Below, piece by piece: positions 46,651 to 54,928 of a stretch of DNA of 62,146 nucleotides. Numbering within the stretch: the first letter of the stretch is position 1; each line of letters begins with the position of its first letter. The stretch comes from Acidimicrobiales bacterium (GTDB lineage Bacteria > Actinomycetota > Acidimicrobiia > Acidimicrobiales > AC-14): NCBI GenBank assembly GCA_051001215.1, contig JBPCNP010000062.1, positions 1 to 62,146 of the forward strand, given 5' to 3'. The translations under genes and the position numbers were made by a program. The notes below the pieces were generated by a model. It did no database searches. It was not told the origin of the DNA and worked only from the letters and a program-made list of their open reading frames with translations.

Positions 46651-49600
46651 CCGGGCACGCCGTGACGGCGGCGCCGAGCGGCCCGGTCGTCCCCGCCCGC
46701 CAGGTCCTCGTCGCCGCCGAGGAGACGAACGACCGACTCGGTCACGAGAACCTCGGGTTCCTGTCCGAGTCACACGGCTTCATGCCCCGCCGGCCTCCGT
46801 TGCTCTGCCTTCCGCCCTCGCACCGGGTCTGGGACGACATGGCCGCCCGCCTCCCGGAGATGTTCCGCAGCCTCACCCTCCGGGAATCCCTCGACCGGAT
46901 GCCCGTCCTCGGTGCCGGCCCCGACGACCTGGACGAGCGCTACCTGCTGCGCGCCTCGGCCATCTTCAGCATCTTCGCCCACGCCTACTACTACGTGGAT
47001 CCCGACCCACCGCCGGTGGTGCCCGACTCCGTCCTGCGCCCGTGGGGACAGATCACCGAGCGCCTCCAGCGCCCGGCCCCGCACCTCTCGTTCATCGACC
47101 TGAACGTCTACAACTGGAGGCTGATCGATCCGAGCCGGGCCGATTCGGTCAGGGTCGAGAACCTCGAACTTCTCATCCCGATCCTGGGCAACGAGGACGA
47201 ACGCCGATTCCAGATGGCCACCGTCGAGATCGTGGCCGAGCTCACCCCGATCGTGGCCGCCGCCGTCCGGGCCCAGGAGGCGGTCGTGGCCGGGAGCGTC
47301 GGCGACCTCAGGCGGGAACTGGCCGCCATCATGGGACACCTCGAGCACGTCGGCCTCGAGACCTTCGCCCAGGTCGATCCCAACCCTCGCTCGCACCTGC
47401 ACGTCGATCCGGTGGTCTGGGGCAAGACGGTGGCGCCGTTGGCCACTCCCTACCAGGACGATCCCCCGCCGGGCCCGAGTGGTACCGCCATCCCCGCCTT
47501 CCAGTTGCTCGACTCCCTCTTCGGTCGTCATCGCCACGCCACCAGCATCGGCACCGAGACGGCCCGGGTCCGTGCCTGGTTCCCCCGGCACTGGCAGGAC
47601 TTCCTCGAGGCGTTCGGGGCCATCTCGGTCCCCCGGTACGTCGCGACCAGCGGCGACCGGGCCCTGCGCGGCCTGTTCTCGGAGTGCCGTGAGGCCTACG
47701 CCGGAGACGCCGGCCTGCTGGGGCGACACCGGCTGAAGACCTACGGCTTCCTCGACCTCTCCTTCAAGGCGGGCCGGAGCAAGACGCTGGCCGGGTTCGC
47801 CGGCGGGTTCAACGACCGTCCGTGGGACCGCATGGACACCGAGCTGAGCGCGTCCCGACTGGAGCGCTACCCGGTGACCAACCAGAGCTGCCACCAGGTC
47901 CGCATCGCCCGCGTCAGGGCGTTGCGCTCCGACGAACAGGCATGGGTCGGCGAAGTCACCCTCGACGTGGCGGGGTCCGGAATCCGGTACCGCCCCGGGA
48001 GCAGGTGCGCGGTGCTGCCCGAGAACAGCGACGATCTCGTGGCCCTCACACTGTCGGCCCTTCACGCCCGGGGCGACGAGCCCATCCAGCTGAACGGGCC
48101 GTGGCGAGAGGCGGTCGAGCTGCGCCACGGCTACGAGGACGCCCGGATCCTCGCCCTCCGCACCTTGTTGCGCTTCGGTCGCATCCGTCCGGTGACCCGT
48201 CCGGTGGCCAAGGCGCTGCTCGCCGTGAGCCACGGCGAGAGGCTGCGCCGCATCGTCGAGGCCCGCAGCGAGGAGCAGTGGGAGCTGTGGGAGCTGCTGG
48301 AGATGCTGAGCGGCACGGGTTTCAAAGCGGCCCGGCTCTGGAAGGCCCATGCCGGCGAGCGGGAAGGCATCTGCCGGATCGTCCCACCGGAGTCGTTCCG
48401 GCTGTTCTCCGTGTCCTCGGCGGTGGAGGGCCCACCCGAGGAGGGGGCCCGGGAGCTGAACCTCACCATCGGGCGCATGCGCTACGACACCAGCCCGACC
48501 GAGCTGGCGCCCGCCGGCACGCACGTGGGGACGGCATCGGGGTTCTTGTCCCGCCCAGCGCGCTCCGACTCGGCCTCGCGCCGGGTGTCGGTCAGAGTCG
48601 TACAACCGCCCAACTTCGGGCTCCCCACCGACGTCCGGCGGCCCGTGGTGATGTTCGCCGGAGGTACGGGCGTCTCCCCGTTCATCGGCATGATCCTCGA
48701 GCGGGCCCGCCAGCCGGGCGCCGGGGAGAACTGGCTCTTCCTGGCCGGGCGAACCGCGGCCGACGTGCACCATGGCGAGCTCCTGCGAGCGATGGCGCTC
48801 GAGGGCACGCTCAATTTGCGGATCGCCCTGTCGAGCGACGAGGCGTCGGGCTCGCGGCGCCACATCGGTGACGAGATGCTGGAGGAGGCCAACGCCCGCC
48901 GCTTGTGGCAGTTCCTGCGATCCGAGGGCGACGGTGGTCTGGGCGCGTCGTTCTACGTCTGCGGCCGGACCGGCTTCGCGTCCGCGGTGACCGACGCCAT
49001 CAAGGCCATCCTGGCCCGCTTCGGCGAGGGCTCGACCGAGGAGCGGCGGGCGGCGGCCAACCAGGCTCTGTTCGGGCTCATCGGGGAGAAGCGCTACATG
49101 CAGGAGGTCTTCACGACCTACGCCGGGCCCGAGCGGCCCCCTGAGCGGGGTGACGGGCCCGAGGTGGGGAGCGGGCGCAGCTATGACGCGTCCGAGGTGG
49201 CGGGTCACAACGACGTGGCCGAGGGCCTCTGGATGACTATCGGTGGGCGGGTCTACGACGTCGGTGAGTTCGCCGACATGCACCCCGGGGGACCCAAGAT
49301 CGTCCGCTCCTACGCGGGCATGGACGCCACCGACGCCTATCGCCGCGTGCGCCACGACGTCAACCCCGAAGTCGACGCCCTGCTCCCGATGTACGAGATC
49401 GGGGTCGTCCGGCGTCTCGACTTCGGAGCTGCCTGGGGAACGGCGATCTCGCCCGAAGGGCTCCGCTTCATCACCTTGAAAGACGCCTACCGGGCCTGGA
49501 TCGGGTTGCTGTTCTCGGCGGTGGAGATGGAGAACGCCCTGACCATGGACTACGGCGTCCGCGACGAGCCGGTCACCTACGACGAGAGCCACTCCATCTC

Positions 49601-50138
49601 GGGGTCCCCCTACAAGACCCGTCTCTGCCTGCACACCCACGAGCGCTTCGTCGACCAGTACCTGCCCACGCTCACCGGCGACCGCCTGGGCGACGTCTGG
49701 GCCATGACGAGCGGGCTGGTCTCCGACCGTCACCACGTGCGATGGATGAGCGATCAGATCGGGGCCCTGGAGCACGGCCCCCGGGCCCAGGCCGCGACCG
49801 CCTTCGCCCATGAGATCGCCCGGCGTCTCCGGGCCGCCGCCGGGCGGCCCAGCCCATCGGGTGACGCCTCCCTCCGGTGGTGTGAGAACCGGGCCCGCCT
49901 GCTCGAACGTGAGGATCGGCGGCTCCTCGGCGAGCTGAAGTCGGCCCTCATCGACGGCGTACGGGTCTTCGAGCACTGGGAGGATCGCACGATCAGCCAC
50001 GGCGGCCAGGAGCTGGTGGCCACGGCTCGGGCCCTGCCGGCGTTGATCGACGACTACTGGGGCCGCTGCGCCCTCGTGGGCGAATCGCAGCCACCGGGTG
50101 GATCAGGCATGCCCGGGTGGGAGACACTGGTGCAGTGA
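46647..50138 (+). CDS. Multidomain fusion: IDO-like heme dioxygenase, FAD/NAD(P)H ferredoxin-reductase-type domain, cytochrome b5, and an unknown C-terminal helical domain
   Basis: The GTG at 46647 overlaps the upstream stop (GTGA).
aa ~35-405 (nt ~46749-47861) carry IDO-type motifs.
aa ~415-826 (nt ~47889-49124) carry FRLFSVSS, GTASGFL, PVVMFAGGTGVSPFIGMI, FYVCGRTGFASAV and RYMQEVF.
aa ~845-925 (nt ~49179-49421) form a cytochrome b5 domain with HPGG and a second His 24 residues later.
aa 926-1163 are unassigned. Confidence 0.8.
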   Translation: MTGHAVTAAPSGPVVPARQVLVAAEETNDRLGHENLGFLSESHGFMPRRPPLLCLPPSHRVWDDMAARLPEMFRSLTLRESLDRMPVLGAGPDDLDERYLLRASAIFSIFAHAYYYVDPDPPPVVPDSVLRPWGQITERLQRPAPHLSFIDLNVYNWRLIDPSRADSVRVENLELLIPILGNEDERRFQMATVEIVAELTPIVAAAVRAQEAVVAGSVGDLRRELAAIMGHLEHVGLETFAQVDPNPRSHLHVDPVVWGKTVAPLATPYQDDPPPGPSGTAIPAFQLLDSLFGRHRHATSIGTETARVRAWFPRHWQDFLEAFGAISVPRYVATSGDRALRGLFSECREAYAGDAGLLGRHRLKTYGFLDLSFKAGRSKTLAGFAGGFNDRPWDRMDTELSASRLERYPVTNQSCHQVRIARVRALRSDEQAWVGEVTLDVAGSGIRYRPGSRCAVLPENSDDLVALTLSALHARGDEPIQLNGPWREAVELRHGYEDARILALRTLLRFGRIRPVTRPVAKALLAVSHGERLRRIVEARSEEQWELWELLEMLSGTGFKAARLWKAHAGEREGICRIVPPESFRLFSVSSAVEGPPEEGARELNLTIGRMRYDTSPTELAPAGTHVGTASGFLSRPARSDSASRRVSVRVVQPPNFGLPTDVRRPVVMFAGGTGVSPFIGMILERARQPGAGENWLFLAGRTAADVHHGELLRAMALEGTLNLRIALSSDEASGSRRHIGDEMLEEANARRLWQFLRSEGDGGLGASFYVCGRTGFASAVTDAIKAILARFGEGSTEERRAAANQALFGLIGEKRYMQEVFTTYAGPERPPERGDGPEVGSGRSYDASEVAGHNDVAEGLWMTIGGRVYDVGEFADMHPGGPKIVRSYAGMDATDAYRRVRHDVNPEVDALLPMYEIGVVRRLDFGAAWGTAISPEGLRFITLKDAYRAWIGLLFSAVEMENALTMDYGVRDEPVTYDESHSISGSPYKTRLCLHTHERFVDQYLPTLTGDRLGDVWAMTSGLVSDRHHVRWMSDQIGALEHGPRAQAATAFAHEIARRLRAAAGRPSPSGDASLRWCENRARLLEREDRRLLGELKSALIDGVRVFEHWEDRTISHGGQELVATARALPALIDDYWGRCALVGESQPPGGSGMPGWETLVQ

Positions 50139-50170
50139 CCGACCCCAGTTCTCGGGCTCAGGCGAGCACC

Positions 50171-50590
50171 ATGCGATGCCCGGTGTGCAAGAAGATGAAC
50201 CGGGTCCCGCTCCACGACAGCGGCAGGGCCCGGTGCGGTGCGTGCAGGGCCCCGCTCACCCCGCTCGCCGGTGGCCCGTCAGCGTCGCCCCGATCGGGCG
50301 ACCTGGGCCGCCAGGTGATCGAGCGCTGGGACGCCCTGTTGCGCCTCGTCCCGCGGGGCATGGCCCTGGGCCGGGCCGTGGGCAGGAGCGGGGCTGACGA
50401 CCCGGCCGCCGATCCGGTCGGGTTTCTCAGTAGCGCGGCCCACATGCCGAGGGACGAACTGGATCAGGTGCGACTGCTGCGCATCCATCTGGCGTCCAAC
50501 AAGGTGGTGCCCCAGGCCGTGCTCACCAAGGCCCTCGACACCCTCGACCGGGCCCACGCCGTGCTGGAGCGCACCCGCCTGTCCGAATGA
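50171..50590 (+). CDS. Zinc-ribbon protein (Trx2-type N-terminal CxxC..CxxC finger) with a non-thioredoxin helical C-terminus
   Basis: MRCPVCKKMNRVPLHDSGRARCGACRAPL matches the thioredoxin-2 N-terminal zinc finger pattern (CP.C...NRvP......CG.C...L). No CGPC/thioredoxin fold follows it. Confidence 0.5.
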   Translation: MRCPVCKKMNRVPLHDSGRARCGACRAPLTPLAGGPSASPRSGDLGRQVIERWDALLRLVPRGMALGRAVGRSGADDPAADPVGFLSSAAHMPRDELDQVRLLRIHLASNKVVPQAVLTKALDTLDRAHAVLERTRLSE

Positions 50591-50617
50591 CGGCCGCCGG
50601 CGCACCGGCCCCTACCT

Positions 50618-51700
50618 TCAGGCCAGTTCGTCCGTCCAGCCGACGGTTGCCGGGTCGACGTCGTCGCGCAGTCCCTTGAGGGAGGGCTGGCGGAGGACGC
50701 CGGCCACGGTGACCTCGTTGAACATCACCTCCACCACCACGGTGGGCCTGACGTAGTGCAACGGCGCCCCGGGGGTGTTGGCGAACGGGCTCGTCTCGGC
50801 TGCGAGCTGCCGGAACTGGTCGGACAGCTTCTGGAGGAGGAGATCGCTGAGGCCCGAACCCACCTGGCCGACGTAGCGCAGGGCGAAGGGGTGACCGGGT
50901 GGCGCCGGGGCATCGGGATCGACCCAGCCGACGGCCAGCGAGCCGATCTGACCGGACCGACCGCCTCCCCCCTCGCTCCAGCCACCCACCACGAACTCGC
51001 GCCGGCCGACGCACTTGACCTTGGTCCACGCCTTCGATCGCTTCCCGATGGCGTAGGCGGACGAGGCCACCTTGCCCATGTACCCCTCGAGCCCGACCTT
51101 GCGGCAGGCGGCCACCAGCTCGTCGTCGGCGGCATCGGGCAGCAGCGGCGACGTCTGCCACGACGGCCCCGTCAGGGCCAGCGCCTCGAGCCGGCGTCGA
51201 CGGTCGACGAAGGCCTCGTCGGTGACGAACTGCCCATCGAGCCAGAGCACGTCGAACACCACGTAGAGGGCAGGCACGTCTGCCACCAGGGCCGGAGCGG
51301 GACGGCGCACATGCATGCGGCGCTGCAGGCGCTCGAAGCTGGGCCGGCCCCCCTCGTCGAAGGTGATGATCTCACCGTCGAGCACGACGGCCCGGTCACC
51401 GAGCGCGAAGCCCAGCTCGGCCAGCTCCGGGTAGCCGGCGGTGACATCGTTGCCGAGGCGGCTGGTGATCGACACCCGGCCGTCCCACACCCGGGCGACG
51501 GCGCGCACACCGTCCCACTTGGGCTCGAACAACCAGCCGTCGTGGTTCTCGGGCGGGCCCGTCAGGCCCGTGAGCATCGGCGCCACGACCGGCGGCACCG
51601 GCCCTTCGTAGGCGGCGGCCGGCGCCGCGCCAGCCGCGGGCGCCGGCACCTTCGCCTTGGCCTTGGCCTTCGGGCGCGACCCCTTCCGGACCTTGCTCAT
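50618..51700 (-). CDS. ATP-dependent DNA ligase (stand-alone LigD/LigC-type ligase domain)
   Basis: Adenylation motif I (EPKWDGVR), LDGEI, EGYMGK, and an OB-fold region. The N-terminal tail is Lys/Ala-rich. Confidence 0.9.
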   Translation of the reverse strand: MSKVRKGSRPKAKAKAKVPAPAAGAAPAAAYEGPVPPVVAPMLTGLTGPPENHDGWLFEPKWDGVRAVARVWDGRVSITSRLGNDVTAGYPELAELGFALGDRAVVLDGEIITFDEGGRPSFERLQRRMHVRRPAPALVADVPALYVVFDVLWLDGQFVTDEAFVDRRRRLEALALTGPSWQTSPLLPDAADDELVAACRKVGLEGYMGKVASSAYAIGKRSKAWTKVKCVGRREFVVGGWSEGGGGRSGQIGSLAVGWVDPDAPAPPGHPFALRYVGQVGSGLSDLLLQKLSDQFRQLAAETSPFANTPGAPLHYVRPTVVVEVMFNEVTVAGVLRQPSLKGLRDDVDPATVGWTDELA

Positions 51701-53124
51701 GGCGCGATGACCACCAGGCGCTCCTCGGTCATCTCGCGCACCGCGTAGGCGGGGCCCTCCTTGGTGTTGCCGCTCTCGCGGACGCCGCCGTAGGGCATCT
51801 GGTCGGCGCGCCAGGTGGGGACCTCGTTGACCATCACGGCGCCGAACCGGAGCCGACGGGCGGCTTCCAGCGCGGTGTCGATGCGGGCGGTGAAGATGCC
51901 CGCTTGGAGGCCGTAACGGGTGTCGTCGGCCAGGCCCAGGCCCTCGTCGACGTCAGCCACCGCCTGCACGGCGACGACCGGCCCGAAGACCTCGTCACGG
52001 CACACCCGCATCTCCGGTCGCACGTCGCTCAGCACGGTGGGGGTCAACAGGCCGTCGCGAATGTCGCCCCCGGTGAGCACCTTCGCTCCTTGTCCCACGG
52101 CCTCGTCGACCCAGGCCTTCACCCGGTCGCGGTCGTCGGGGGTAATGAGGGCGGACACGTCGGTGCCCTCGTCGAGAGGGTCGCCCACCTTCAACGCACC
52201 GACGAGGCCGGCCAGGGCGGAGCAGAAGTCATCCGCCACCTTGGCATGGACGAACACCCGCTGCGTGGACACGCACGACTGACCGGCATGGCTGAACCCG
52301 GCTACGGCGATGGTGCGGGCGGCCCGCTCCCAGTCGCCGTCGGCGTCGACGATCACCGGTGAGCTGTTGCCCAGCTCGAGGGCGACCTTGGTGCGCGAGG
52401 CTCGCTCGGCGATGCCCCAGCCGACCTCACCGGAGCCGGTGAAGCTGATGTAGGACACGTCGGGGTTGTCGACCAGGGTCTTGCCTATCGAGCTGCCGCC
52501 ACCGGTGACCACGTTGAGGTGCCCGGCCGGCAAGCCGCACTCGTCGAGGAGGAGCTCGGCCAGGGCGATCGCCGACAGGGGTGTCTGGCTGGCGGGCTTG
52601 AGCACGACCGGGCAGCCGGCGGCGATGGCCGGTGCCAGCTTGTGGGCCACCAGGTTGAGGGGGAAGTTGAACGGCGAGATGGCCCCGACCACACCGATGG
52701 GCAGCCGCAGGGTGAAGGCCAACCGGCCCTCGCCCACCTGGGCGGCGTCGATGGGCACCATGTCGCCAGCGAGCGTGCGGGCGGCCACGGCCGCGAACGT
52801 GATGGTGGACACCGCCCGTTGCGCCTCGGTCCGAGCCGTCTTCAGGGGCTTGGCCGACTCGGCGGCGATGGTGCGGGCAAACTCCTCGGTGCGCTCCCCG
52901 AGGAGGCGGGCGGCGGTGTCGAGGATCTCCGCCCGTCGCCAGGGCGGCAACGGACCGGCGTCGTGGGCGGCTTTGGCGGCAGCCACGGCCCGATCGACCT
53001 CTGCCTCGCCGCACCGGGGGACGAGGGCCAGCTCGGCGCCGTCGAAGGGGGCCCGCACGGCGATGGTGTCGCCATCGCCGGTGAAGCGCTGGTCGCCGAT
53101 GGGGACGGGGCGTAGATCGGCCAT
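51697..53124 (-). CDS. NAD(P)-dependent aldehyde dehydrogenase
   Basis: ISPFNFPL, KPASQTP, FTGSGEVG, ELGNSSP and the catalytic Cys region GQSCVS. It overlaps the ligase start by 4 nt. Confidence 0.9.
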   Translation of the reverse strand: MADLRPVPIGDQRFTGDGDTIAVRAPFDGAELALVPRCGEAEVDRAVAAAKAAHDAGPLPPWRRAEILDTAARLLGERTEEFARTIAAESAKPLKTARTEAQRAVSTITFAAVAARTLAGDMVPIDAAQVGEGRLAFTLRLPIGVVGAISPFNFPLNLVAHKLAPAIAAGCPVVLKPASQTPLSAIALAELLLDECGLPAGHLNVVTGGGSSIGKTLVDNPDVSYISFTGSGEVGWGIAERASRTKVALELGNSSPVIVDADGDWERAARTIAVAGFSHAGQSCVSTQRVFVHAKVADDFCSALAGLVGALKVGDPLDEGTDVSALITPDDRDRVKAWVDEAVGQGAKVLTGGDIRDGLLTPTVLSDVRPEMRVCRDEVFGPVVAVQAVADVDEGLGLADDTRYGLQAGIFTARIDTALEAARRLRFGAVMVNEVPTWRADQMPYGGVRESGNTKEGPAYAVREMTEERLVVIAP

Positions 53125-53127
53125 GTC

Positions 53128-54576
53128 TCAAGTCTCCCCCGTCGCCGACCCCTGCTGGGACAGGTGCTCGATCACCTTGGCTGCGGTCGCGCCGGCCTGC
53201 TGTACGCAAGCGGCGATGCCGACACCGCGGAACGAGGCTCCGGCCACGAAGACCCCACCCAGTCCGGACAGTTCGGCCTCGATGCGCGCCACCAGTTGGT
53301 CGTGACCGGGCTCGTACTGTGGGAAGCCGTTGGCCCAGCGGTCGACGCGCCAGGCGGTGGGAGCGTCGGTGGTGCCCACCAGGGTGGCGAGCTCGTCGTG
53401 CAGCCGGCCGACCAGCGCGTCGTCGTCGAGCCGGCCGGCGCGGTCGTCGCCGTCGCGCCCGGCTGAGGCCCGCAGCCGCACCAGGTCGTCGCCGCCGATG
53501 CCGGGCCACTTGGCGGTGGAGAACGTGCACGCCGTCAGCAGCCGGTTCTCGCTCCTGGGCACGAGGAAGCCGCTTCCGGCGGGGAGCGCCGGGAGGTGCT
53601 CACGGCGGTAGGCCAGGGTGGCGGTGACGACCGAGGCGTAGCGGATGCGGCCGAGGAGGTGGGCGGCCTCCGGTGAGGCGGCGGCCACCACCGGGGCGAC
53701 GGCGAACGCCGGTGTGGTGAGGACGACGGCGTCGGCCGTCACGTCGGGGCCGGGCTGGCAGGTGAGCCGCCACCGGCCGTTCTCGGCCGCCAGCCCCGTG
53801 GCCGCCGTGTGCAGGCGCAGATCGCCAGCCTCGAGTGACGCCGCCAGCCGCTCGACCAGGCGCTCCAGGCCACCGGCCACGGACAGGAACACGGGTGAGC
53901 CATCGGCGCCGGCGGCCCGGTTGGCCCGAAGGCCCAGGATCAAGCTGCGATGGCTGGCCGCCGCTGCGGCCAGCTGGGGCGCGGCCGAACGCAGGCTGAG
54001 GGTGTCGGCCCGTCCGGCGTTGATGCCCCCCACCAGTGGCTCCACGAGGCGGTCGAGCATCTGGCGGCCCAGGCGTGACCCGATGACCTCGGCGACCGAC
54101 GGGTCGGGCCCGAGAAGCCGCCGGCGACGGGGGAGGACGACATCGAGGGCGGCCCGAGCCTTGCCGGCGGGTGAGAGCTGGGCGGCCCCGAGCAGCGAGC
54201 GGGCGGTGACGGGCACACCGAGGACGGTGCCCGGCGGGAAGGGTACGAGGCGGCCGCGATGACAGACATAGGCCACGCCCGTCGCCGGGGCGACCAGGTC
54301 GTCGTCCAGGCCGAGCCGGCGGGCCAGGTCGACGGCCCACGGCACGCGGGCGAGGAACGTGTCGGGGCCGGCTTCGACCGCCACGCCACCCAGTTCTTCG
54401 GTGCGGATCTTGCCGCCGAGGCGCCCGCTCGACTCGACCAGGACGACGTCGGCGCCGTCGGGGCCCAGCCCGTCGCGCAGGTACCAGGCGGTGGCCAACC
54501 CGGTGATCCCCCCGCCGACGACGGCGATCCTCGCCCTGGCCCGGGTTGGAGCGGACGCCCCGGGCGGGTCAGGCAC
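53128..54576 (-). CDS. hemY: Protoporphyrinogen / coproporphyrinogen III oxidase (HemY/CgoX family)
   Basis: The start is refined to the in-frame GTG at 54576 (VPDPPGASAPTRARARIAVVGGGITGLATAWYL..., an FAD GxGxxG motif). The further upstream part of track ORF 53128..54879 reads through the repeats and the inverted hemH fragment and is rejected. Confidence 0.85.
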   Translation of the reverse strand: MPDPPGASAPTRARARIAVVGGGITGLATAWYLRDGLGPDGADVVLVESSGRLGGKIRTEELGGVAVEAGPDTFLARVPWAVDLARRLGLDDDLVAPATGVAYVCHRGRLVPFPPGTVLGVPVTARSLLGAAQLSPAGKARAALDVVLPRRRRLLGPDPSVAEVIGSRLGRQMLDRLVEPLVGGINAGRADTLSLRSAAPQLAAAAASHRSLILGLRANRAAGADGSPVFLSVAGGLERLVERLAASLEAGDLRLHTAATGLAAENGRWRLTCQPGPDVTADAVVLTTPAFAVAPVVAAASPEAAHLLGRIRYASVVTATLAYRREHLPALPAGSGFLVPRSENRLLTACTFSTAKWPGIGGDDLVRLRASAGRDGDDRAGRLDDDALVGRLHDELATLVGTTDAPTAWRVDRWANGFPQYEPGHDQLVARIEAELSGLGGVFVAGASFRGVGIAACVQQAGATAAKVIEHLSQQGSATGET

Positions 54577-54610
54577 CCCGGACAGCGGCCGAGGGCGAGC
54601 CGGAACCCCG

Positions 54611-54693
54611 CTCAGGGGGCCGCTCGGGCCCAGCACTCCACTCAGGGGGCCGCTCGGGCCCAGCACTCCGCTCAGGGGGCCGCTCGGGCCCAG
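54611..54693. repeat. Tandem repeat, 2.8 x 30 nt (ctcagggggccgctcgggcccagcactccg). Its right-hand 39 nt (54655-54693) form the left arm of a perfect inverted repeat
   Basis: Read directly in the DNA. 54655-54693 (cgggcccagcactccgctcagggggccgctcgggcccag) is the exact reverse complement of 54890-54928. Confidence 0.95.
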
Positions 54694-54889
54694 GCAGACG
54701 TGCAGGGCGTGGTGGTGTGCGCCTGCGGGTTCGTGTCCGACCACCTGGAGGTCCTGTTCGACCTCGACGTGGAGGCCACCGAGGCCGCCGCCCGGCTCGG
54801 CCTGGCGTTCGCCCGCACCGCCTCGCTCAACGACGACCCCGCCTTCTGCGCCACCCTGGCCGAGGTGGTGCGCTCGCACGCGGCTGCCA
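54694..54889 (+). pseudogene. hemH: Inverted 3' fragment of ferrochelatase, encoded on the opposite strand from the rest of the gene
   Basis: The + strand encodes ADVQGVVVCACGFVSDHLEVLFDLDVEATEAAARLGLAFARTASLNDDPAFCATLAEVVRSHAAA. This is the conserved ferrochelatase C-terminal region (GFVSDHLEVLYDLD motif), while the N-terminal 238 aa are on the - strand at 54929-55642. Confidence 0.85.
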
Positions 54890-54928
54890 CTGGGCCCGAG
54901 CGGCCCCCTGAGCGGAGTGCTGGGCCCG
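54890..54928. repeat. Right arm of the perfect 39-bp inverted repeat (ctgggcccgagcggccccctgagcggagtgctgggcccg)
   Basis: It is the exact reverse complement of 54655-54693, checked base by base. Confidence 0.95.

Noticed and set aside
46770-50000. 1076-aa ORF on the - strand opposite the IDO fusion gene
   Set aside because: It is antisense to an ORF carrying several independent conserved motifs. Its own translation is G/R/P/D/V-rich without motifs. Shadow ORF.
53128-54879. N-terminal extension of the hemY ORF (ATG at 54879), which would add ~100 aa including LGPSGPLSGV repeats
   Set aside because: The extension reads through the 30-nt repeats and then through the antisense of the inverted hemH fragment, so it exists only because of the inversion. 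An in-frame GTG at 54576 sits just before the FAD-binding GxGxxG motif and matches the hemH stop in the restored orientation.
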